From Takakia lepidozioides (Eukaryota; Plantae; Bryophyta): a stretch of 13,000 nt of DNA. Numbering within the stretch: the stretch's first letter is position 1; each line of letters starts with the position of its first letter. The stretch covers positions 1 through 13,000 of the forward strand of contig JAKLZA010000081.1 of NCBI GenBank assembly GCA_030704615.1, written 5' to 3'. Position numbers and translations under genes: made by a program. The notes beneath the pieces were generated by a model. It was not told the origin of the DNA, did not search any database, and was given only the letters and a program-made list of their open reading frames with translations. Below are positions 1 to 8,738 of the stretch, piece by piece.

Positions 1-547
1 CGTTTCTCCCTCTCTAACCGTCGTCTGTGAACTAACATGTTCCCTTCACAGGTGTTGTTCCCCACAGTCGTCCCTGTCCTACTCTTCGTTCCCTATTATC
101 GTGACAGCTGTGTCAAGCGGTGACTGGCTGTGTTTGGCTGTGTCGGGCTGTGACTGGCTGTGTGGCTGTGCCGGGCTGTGACTGGCTGTGTGGGCTGTGT
201 CTGCTGTGACGACTGTGACGGGCTGTGTGGGCTGTGTCTGCTGTGACGACTGTGACGGGCTGTGGGGGCTGTGTGGGCTGTGACGACTGTGACGGGCTGT
301 GTCGGCTGTGTGGGCTGTGACGACTGTGACGGGCTGTGTCGCTGTGTGGGTGACGACTGTGACGGGCTGTGTCGGCTGTGTGGGCTGTGACGACTGTGAC
401 GGGCTGTGTCGGCTGTGACGACTGTGTAACCCCCTCTACAGTGCGCTGCTGTCACCCCTAAGGCTCCTGTTGGTCTCAGTCTGTGCAAAATTAAGGGTAC
501 CCTACAGATCTCGTATAAGTGTCTAAGTCCCCTACAGTCCTCTTACA
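1..547 (-). repeat. 3' LTR (partial; about 520 bp more expected upstream of the window)
   Basis: 1-130 and 422-547 match 11998-12127 and 12280-12406 almost exactly. Similarity stops at ...tcttaca(547), which is TGT at the LTR start on the minus strand, directly next to the PPT. Confidence 0.95.
103..427. repeat. Tandem array in 3' LTR: 9-10 bp (G)CTGTG-core monomers with a 37 bp higher-order unit
   Basis: ggctgtgtgggctgtgtctgctgtgacgactgtgacg at 184-220 and 221-257, with variants at 258-294, 295-331, 332-364, 365-401 and a partial copy from 402. Confidence 0.95.
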
Positions 548-550
548 TTA

Positions 551-564
551 CCCCTTCCCCCCTC
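551..564 (-). promoter_or_regulatory. Polypurine tract GAGGGGGGAAGGGG
   Basis: 14 purines on the minus strand followed by TAA and the TGT start of the 3' LTR. Confidence 0.92.
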
Positions 565-578
565 AAAAAGCCGTGTCC

Positions 579-3500
579 TCACGGTTTACTGTTTTCGAGT
601 AGCAAACCTTTGTGAGTGAGCACCTTGTTGACGTTGATAGTTTGTGGTGGTCTGTGTGTACGAGCCCGAGGTCTGTCTCTGGTTGATGGAGATGGTTGAT
701 CACTACCTGGATAAGTGAGGCCTTCTGGAGGCTGATATCGAGGTAATCTTTCCGGCATAGGAGATCCCCTTTGTTTCTTCTCTTCCATCTGAATTGCATG
801 TCTTCTTCCCATGTCAAAAGAATTCTGTGAAGAAACAGTTGTATCAGAATCCTCATCGCCTCTCAAGGTTGTTTTAATTTTCGAACTTTTGTGAATCATC
901 TTTTTGTGAATCATCTTTTGTGTGATCATCTAAATGTCATCAAGTCCGAATTTCTGTGTTGACAAATGGTTGCAGGCTGCTTGAAACCATGAACGAATTG
1001 AGAATCCTTCTGCATCATAACTTTTGGGTCATATAGGTACATATGAGGTGGCACCGAAGGTAATACCCAATGATCTCCACTGGAGTAACTTTGAAAGCGT
1101 GTTTGCATCTTTTGTTGCTCAATGTGGTAACGTACCAGAAAACAAGCAGCGTAGTATAGCCCGCACCCCATGACAATACTTGCTATCTCCTTGGTCTTGG
1201 TATAAATGAGTCCATGTACAACCTGGAAAGCAACCAATTCCCTCAACATGGTACCTGCCTCGTGCCAGTATTGTGCAAAGTGATGATCTTCAATATGTCG
1301 ATTGTTGGAAGAACTTTAGTCCTAGTTGCCACTGGCAGCCAAATACGCATGATTTGGTAGTAATGTGCGAATGACTGCGGAGGACTAAATTCTTTCCAAG
1401 CCAAATCCAACATGATGGAATTTGGTTGAAGGGCATAAGCATAGCCCTGCTGTACTCCCTTGCAGCTGGAGTTTTAGGTGGGTTAAAAGCGGCATTGCCC
1501 CATACCTCCGGCTGTGGTGGCTGTGTGTGTTGTAGTAACCACAGGTTGGTTCCTGTACATTGGCATCTCCTGCACCTCCTGTGAAGACTGAAAAGCCAGA
1601 GTTCTGGCTTGCAAATAAGAAGCCATTAGCTGTTCCTGAGGGATTAGACTCTTTGGTCGATGTTTGGAAGTGAGGTCTTCCATTGAGTCTGGAGTCCGTC
1701 TACATCCTCTTGTAACTCTGCTATCCTACTATAGACATTGTCTATAGTAGTTGTGGCAATGTTCTGCACCTGCAGTCTGAGCTCATTCATCTCGCTTTGG
1801 GTGAGCTTCCGTGGGCTTTTGCCCTCTACTGGCCCTTGTGCTAACCAGACCTGCATAAGGCTGTTATCCACCAAGCTGCTTGTGGTTCCCCTGAGAGTTT
1901 GCTCCTCTCTTAGCTTGTACAATTCCAACTGCTGTTGTAAAGCCTCCATGCGCTTCGCCTGTGGCTCAACCAATTGCGCATAGGCAGCAAGTAGATTATT
2001 GGCTTCCTTCGAAGCCTTGTTACTGACCGCGATTTCATTTCTATTGGCCACGATGGTTTTGTTGCAACTCCACGATGTGTTTCTCTTGATCAGCTTCCAT
2101 CTGCCTGTATTGCTTGAAAGTATCTTCATTGCGACAGATTGTATTCTTCATATCGACAATGAGCTTCATTTGCTCAACATTCTCTTCTTCTGCCTTTGTA
2201 CATTTTTCCGCTTGACTGTTTATTTCTTTTGTAGATTGGTCAAGCATAGTTGTAAATGTAGCACATTGTATCGCCATCCTGTTATGCACTGTCTGCAACT
2301 CCGTATGTAGTGCATTCAGTTCTTGCAACTTGCTTTCATGCTGCACCTGCATTTGGTATAGCTGTTGCTTATGTGCTTCGTGCAACTGGTCTTGCGCGAG
2401 GCCTGCCTCAATCAATTGTTGCTTGGCCATTGCAAAGCCATTTCTGTATTGCCCAAGTCCTGCTTCATCTTGAGAGTGACCTCTTCATCGACCTTGTTTG
2501 CACACTCAGTGGCAAGTCGAGCCTCAAACTCCTTCCTGAGTTCCCTTCAAGGCTGTCAATTGGGTAATTGGAACATGGGATTTGACATAAGTCCCCAACA
2601 AATTAAGTGTCCTGCCTATGGAACTCATCAGCATTGCCTGTTGAGGGTCATCATGGTGAGGTTGCTGCTGTTCCTCCCGATCTTCAACAGTATGATGTCT
2701 CACTAAACCATTCAGGCCATTGTCCCACCGGATTTTCTTCCTGAACTACTTCATCTATGACCGGTGCTACAGTGTCATGACCTTCCGCCTGTGGTACCTC
2801 CGACACAGGTGTGTGCATTATATGCACCTCAGGATTTCCCTTGGGCAACTGTTGCACCTCTGGGATTTCTGTCTCCTTGACCAGACCAGAATATTCATAG
2901 AGAAGGTCCCCTTTCTCTATTTCTGCCACTATCTGTTCTGTAGTTGGAATCTCTATCCCTTCACTTTCCAAATCAATTATTTCGGGTTGAGCTGCATGGA
3001 TAACTTGTGCTTGTGACAAGTCGTTCAAGTGGCTGTGTTGGCTGTGATGCAGAAGTAACTTCTCCTCCCTCTCTGAAGGTCCTGCTTCCAGTAATAACAT
3101 TCTTTTGTGCTGCTGTGCCCCTTCCTGGTCATGAGCTTGGGAAACATTATCATGCGGAATCGTGAAGCCAGTGGATCCGCCACTACAGTCTTTCCCCTTC
3201 TCTGCCTCTTAGTCTCGGGTTGCTGCTAGTCCACCCTCACTGTGTGAAGAGCCTTGCTCTTCCATTGCAGTTGTTTTTTCTGGCTCAAACACTCCCATTT
3301 CCTTCCTTTCTTGTGCATTAAGTATGCCAGAAATAAGGATTATTTGAGCAATGATTGGGCCAGACACTATGATAGGAGACTTTGCGGTAGTACCTTGTAA
3401 TCTTTTCATCTCCTCTACCAGTGCGTTGTACATTATGTCCGCCCATTGTACCCTCTTGTCCCTTCAGGCCTTTGAGTATTTCCTCTGTGAAGGATCTGCT

Positions 3501-4242
3501 CAAATATTGTTGGTTCTGTTTCAGGGCAATCAGAACGTTCAATACCTGGCCTATCTCTTTTAACCCTGGGTACACAGCTTTGGTACAAGCATAACCCTGA
3601 GTTTTAAAGAAACTCCCTTCTTGGAATAAGTCCCCTATTTGCAGTCTTGCCTGTGTTCCTCCACATGCACCTGACCTGCTGGCAATCGAAACAATTGCTG
3701 GAGGTATAGGGGAGTAATCATTAATTCAACTCCCTTCACCGTTGTTGTTCCTGTCCTTGGCTCAAAGTTCTGCAAAATTGTAACATGTACTGTCTATGGT
3801 GTAGTGTCCAATCTAGGCTTTGCAATCCTTCCAATCTCAGCTCCTCAGTATTTATCGCCTGTGGGGTAGCCATCGTTTGTTTCTGCAGAATTGTGGTGCT
3901 CTTCACCCTGATTTCCTCCATTCCTCTCACTCTCTTTCTTAGACTCACAGAACTGCTTTGGCTGTAACAACTGCAGGAATGCCTGTAGTGCACAAAGCAT
4001 AAACGTATGGTTGCCGCAGAAAGCTATGGGTAATCTCTTGTAAGCCTGCGGGGCTTGCAAGCATTGCTCAAGAGAAAAGCTCTGCTCTGTCGTTTCGTGT
4101 CTATGCCACTGCGTAAGTAATATTGCGAGCGTATAGTCTGTTAGTTCCTCCATAGTTTCCAAGTTATAGCATTTATGGCCTGTCCTGTCGAGACGCCCGT
4201 TACTCAGAACGACGCCGCCTCTTGCGCTCAATTTCCCTCCAT
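579..4242 (-). pseudogene. Large accessory ORF downstream of pol (env-position, sense strand), frameshifted; plant-transposon-protein-like N-terminal domain + coiled coil + unknown C-terminal domain
   Basis: A chain of overlapping minus-strand fragments (3845-4231, 3736-3993, 3318-3575, 3209-3433, 2684-3100, 2041-2430, 1644-2129, 1483-1683, 926-1249, 579-929) can be joined by frameshifts, and the gaps translate openly in an alternative frame. The start is uncertain (ATG at 4242, 4153, 3921 or 3873), and the 3845-4231 part could be a separate small ORF. Confidence 0.72.
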
Positions 4243-4617
4243 TTTCTTGATCATTTCTCTGGTTTTCTATTGGCTGTATCGCTGTGACTGGATTTTAACT
4301 TTTATCTTCTTTAGTGGACTTTCCCTGTTGGATAGTCCACTAGGATCACACATGCGACAGAATTCGGCTTTTCTGTACTTGCCGTTCGTTCCGTTTCCCT
4401 TTTTCCGTATTCATTAATGGGCCCGCCTTTCATCCCTTTTGACGGCCGTTCTTGTCCTCTTTTTTTGACACCTGTCCTTGCACTTCATTCTCTGCTGTGT
4501 GTCGCCCCTGACCTCCACGTGTCTTTTAAAGTAATTTCCGTTTCCTCTTCCGTCATCCATTTTCCTGAAGTTATTATGTGTCCACTTGACTGATTCTATG
4601 GATCGTGTAACTTTAGT

Positions 4618-4776
4618 AGGCTGTGTTGAGCTGTGACAGGCTGTGTCATACTGTGTTACTGTGATAGGCTGTGATGCACTGTGGTAAGCTGTGATAGGCT
4701 GTGACACGCAGGCTGTGTTGTGCTGTGATAACAACGTCGTGAGCTGTTCGTGATGGGCTGTGATACTGTGTGTCAC
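4618..4776. repeat. Internal degenerate array of (G)CTGTG monomers between pol and the accessory ORF
   Basis: About a dozen ctgtg cores at roughly 9-13 bp spacing (ggctgtgttg agctgtgaca ggctgtgtca tactgtgtt actgtgata ggctgtgat...), in the same orientation as the LTR arrays. Confidence 0.85.
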
Positions 4777-4883
4777 GTTGTTTTGCCCACCCTGGTTATA
4801 TGCTGGGCCTAGCGACAAGTGTTCCATACTCCGTTCGTAACACTGGTGCAGCCCGTGACTGCTCTTGCGGTTCAACATGCAAA

Positions 4884-5960
4884 TCATGCTGCAGGGGTTG
4901 TCATGGATACCACTGTCCCCTTCAACTTATTTGCATTGACTCTTCCCAGCATTTCTTTGTTAATGGTTTGTAACATGGCGGTGTTGTTATCATACATCTT
5001 TTGTATGACATAAGGTCCTTTCCATGGTGATTTAAGCTTAGAAGCTTGAATCTTTCCTTTCTTCTGCAACCATAGAACCAAATCCCCCGTCTTAAAAGTC
5101 TTTAACTTGCCTTCATCAAACTGTTCCTTTCGCTTCATCTGAATTCTGGTCATATTATCAGCTGCATCAGCACGTACTTCTTCCACATGGTATAATTCAT
5201 GTTTCCTGACCTTGATGGAGTCTTGCAATTCCATTCTTTTCCCCACTCCGTTCTCATGGTAGGTAACAGGAATTCCACTGGAAGTAAGGCTTCCATACCA
5301 TAAACTAATTGGAATGGTGTATACTTAGTGGTGACTTTATGAAGTCCTGTATGACCAAAGCTGTCAGCAGCTTTGTATCCCAATCCGTTCTGTTTGCATT
5401 GACTATCTTAGCCAAGATAGTACATAGTATTTTGTTGGTAGCCTCTGCCTGCCCATTACCCTGTGGGTAATATGTTGTACTCTTTCTATGCACAATCATA
5501 AACTCTTTAGTCAACAACTCAATGGTCTCATTCATGAAGTGACTTCCTTGATCACTGATAAATTCTAAGGGACAGCCAAATCGTGTAAGTATGTTCTCGT
5601 ACAGGAACCTTGCTGTGGACTTGGCTGTGTTGTCCCTCAAAGCTTTAGCTTCCACCCACTTTGTAGTATAATCAGTGGCTAATTATGTACCTGTTTCGTA
5701 TTCTTGGATGGTGGATTAATTGGTCCAACAAAGTCTAGTCCCCATTTCTGAAATGGTTCCGTAGGCATTGTAGGATGCAAGGCCATTCTTCCAGATCTCT
5801 GCAAAGGTCCTAGCCTCTGACATTCATCACACTTCTGACAATACTCATGTACATCTTTGAACAAAGTAGGCCACCAGTATCCTGCGAGTAGTATCTTTCT
5901 ACTGGTAGTCTCTTCTCCAAAATGACCTCCAGCCACTCCTTTATGAACTTCCTCCAAACT
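4884..5960 (-). other. Integrase: HHCC zinc domain, D,D(35)E core, GPY/F module; no chromodomain
   Basis: H...GGHFG...CQKCDEC; WGLDFVGP; ISDQGSHF followed after exactly 35 residues by E in GNGQAEATNK; KLKSPWKGPYVI...RVNANKLK, then a stop at 4884. Confidence 0.95.
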
Positions 5961-6189
5961 TTATTTACTTCATGGTGGTACAAGCATCGTTTTAGTACCA
6001 TCAGGTCCTAACTTATACATTCTGCTTCCTACCATAGTATAAGGTAAAGCTTTGATAGCAATTCTCTTCCTCTGCTCCTTACCATAACTAGGTGGGCACT
6101 GACCATGAGCAAGGTAGTATCTGATTGGCCACTGCCAATCTAACCATTCATCTGCACTTCCTTGCACCTCCATTACAAATAAACTCGCA

Positions 6190-6810
6190 TCAAGGTAACT
6201 GATCGTCCACTCCTGTGGCGGCCTCTCCTGTTGTTAGTCGTGACAAATGATCTGCCACAAGATGCAAACGGCCAGGCTTGTAAATAACCTCGAACTCAAA
6301 CTCATGCAAGATTATTAACCACCTCGCTATCCTTCCACTTATCAAAGGTTTGTTCACCAGATATATCAGAGCCTGGTGATCCACATAAAACATAAACTTT
6401 CTTCCCAATAGGTAATGCCTGAATTTCTTGACTGCATAAATCATTGCCAATGCTTCTCTTTCCGTTGTGCTATAGTTCCTCTCAGCACTGTTCATCAACC
6501 GGCTAGCATAGTACACAGGTGAATCTATATTCCCTGTAACATTCTGGGCTAACACCGCTCCCAACGCTTCTCCTGATGCATCGCAGTGAACATGAAATAC
6601 TACATGCCAGTGAGGGTTAATCAGCACAGGTGTAGTTGTTACTGACAGTGTAAGTTCCTCAAACGCCTGTTGACATTCAGCTGTCCAGGCAAACACTGCA
6701 TCTTTCTTCAGAAGCTTGCTCAATGGTGCTGCTATTTGTGCATACCTTTTGACAAATCTTCTGTAATAACTGGTTTGCCCAAGGAATCTCCTTAAACTCT
6801 TAACATTCAC
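6190..6810 (-). other. RT connection + RNase H domain
   Basis: LRRFLGQTSYYRRFV, HCDASGEALGAVLAQ, ERNYSTTEREALAMIYAVKKFRHYL, YVDHQAL, VADHLSR. Confidence 0.95.
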
Positions 6811-6829
6811 TGGTGGTGGAGAGCTTTAA

Positions 6830-7580
6830 TGGACTCTGTCTTCCTGGGATCCAAAAGTCCCTTCTTACACACAATGTGTCCCAGAAGCACCCCTGAGTTC
6901 ACACAGAAAGTACACTTCTCTGGATTCAAGCCCAGACCTCTCATCCTGCATCTGGCCAGGCATAACTCCAATTTATGCAAGTGCTCATTCTTAGAGCTGT
7001 ACACACTGAAATCATCCAAAAAACACCTGCATGAAATCATCCAGATACTCATGAAAAGATTCACTTATCACTCTCTGAAAGGTCGCTGGTGCATTACAAA
7101 GTCCAAAGGGCATGACTTTGTATGCATAAGCCCCCAGTCTGTGATGAAAGCTGTTTTCCCTTGGTCTTCTTCTGCCACTTGCACTTGATTATAACCACTG
7201 AAGCCATCCATGAATGAGTACATCTCATGGCCTGCCACAGTGTCTAATACTGCTTCTGTGAATGGCAAAGGGAAAGGATCTTTCTTCGTACAAGCATTCA
7301 GCTTCTTATAGTTCACACATACTCTTAGTTTGCCATTCTTCTTGGGAACTATAACAATGGGTGACAACCAAGTTGTATACTCTATTGGGTATATAAACTT
7401 AGCCTCAGCCAACTTCTTTATCTCTTCTCCAACCTTCTGTGCGTAGTTGGGATTCATTCTATACCTCGCCTGCTTGATTGGTACTGACCCTGGTTCCAGT
7501 TCAATCTTATGCTGACAGACTTCAGGTGGTATCCCTTTTAGATCCTCATAGCTCCAAGCAAATACATCTCTGTATTTGAT
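6830..7580 (-). other. Reverse transcriptase domain
   Basis: WLSPIVIVPKKNGKLRVCV, KKDPFPLP, FMDGFSGYNQ, MPFGLCNAPATFQR (after a frameshift at ~7133), FLDDF, LNPEKC, LLGHIV. Boundaries approximate. Confidence 0.95.
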
Positions 7581-8049
7581 GAACAAGCTTTTAGCTTCTT
7601 CGAAGAATTCCGGCTCCAAATCAGCTCCTACTTTCACCATCCTCGGTTCCTCCTGAGTTCCCACATTTACTTCTCTCACCTGCTCATCAGCTGTGATTGT
7701 CCAACCAGTCACCACTTCATCCTGTAAGCTCACAGTGGCTGGTTCTTCTAGGATTTCTATTCTCCCTCCTTTTCTTCATAGAAATGTGGTGGGTAACTGT
7801 TGGTTTCCTCTTCAATTGGTGTTGCCACTACACCACAGCAGATACCTCTTAAACAACTTAGGCTTTCCAGCCGCATCTCTGCAACCTGCTCCCACTCTGG
7901 GTGTGCAGCAAATAGGGTAGCTTCCTGCTCCTCATCCAGTCCTCCTCTCCAGTCATACTCTCTGACTCCTCGAGGTCTTTCTTGTAGCAGGTAATCTACT
8001 AGATTTCTTTGTGGTAATTTGTATCTCGTGCATCCCATTATGCACAGTT

Positions 8050-8400
8050 AGTAACTGAGAATTCCAGTCATGGAATACCCTGGCCTGTTTCAGCCACGGA
8101 CGTCCCAATAATAAGGAGTAAGCCTCCATGACTTCATCCATTTTAATACAGTTACTGTGATCATAAAGATCATTTTCTGTATCTGTATCTTAACTCCTCT
8201 TATTAATCCCAATGGCTGTACACTTTTGATCTGCCATTGTTACTGTAAATGGGGCTGGTTTCATGTTACTTAGACCAAGCTTCTTCCTTAAATTGTCTGT
8301 CATGATATTTACTCCAGAACCACCATCTATCAGTACATCAGTTAGTTCTGTGCTTCCAATTCTCAATTGGATTACTGGCATAGAATCATCAAAGTCCATG
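8050..8400 (-). other. Aspartic protease domain
   Basis: VLIDGGSGVNIM active-site motif (ORF 8190-8441) and YSLLLGRPWL C-terminal motif (ORF 7953-8141). Boundaries approximate. Confidence 0.9.
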
Positions 8401-8738
8401 ACTGGTTCTCGCCCTTCCGGCTTCACATTATAACTGGTCACCTTGCTGTTCAGGTCTGTGTTTCCTGTCTCTTGGGCAATTCGATTGATTGCTGATACAG
8501 CCTGTGCCTACAATAAGGTGCCACAGCTAATAGCTGTCCAATGGTAATTTCTGCTTTGGTCTGACATATTACTTCAGCCAAAGTCTCTTCATTACTTTGC
8601 ATGTCTGCATCTTCTTTTTTCCTTTCTTCCTCACTCCCTTCTTTTTCTCCATCCGAATCAGAGGAATCTGCCACAGGAATATCAGTACTCTTTTGCATTT
8701 CCCTTATAGTATCTGCCACTTCCTTGTGCAGTTCCTTC

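Noticed and set aside
103-427. CRISPR-like 37 bp periodicity
   Set aside because: There are no unique spacers and no cas genes; it is a plain tandem repeat within a eukaryotic LTR.
96-488. 130 aa H/S/T/Q-rich ORF (and its counterpart at 12075-12407)
   Set aside because: These are translations of the LTR tandem array. The frame and sequence are not maintained between the two LTRs.
4414-4887. 157 aa ORF abutting the pol stop
   Set aside because: It largely translates the internal CTGTG array and purine-rich spacer, has no domain features, and is not a chromodomain.
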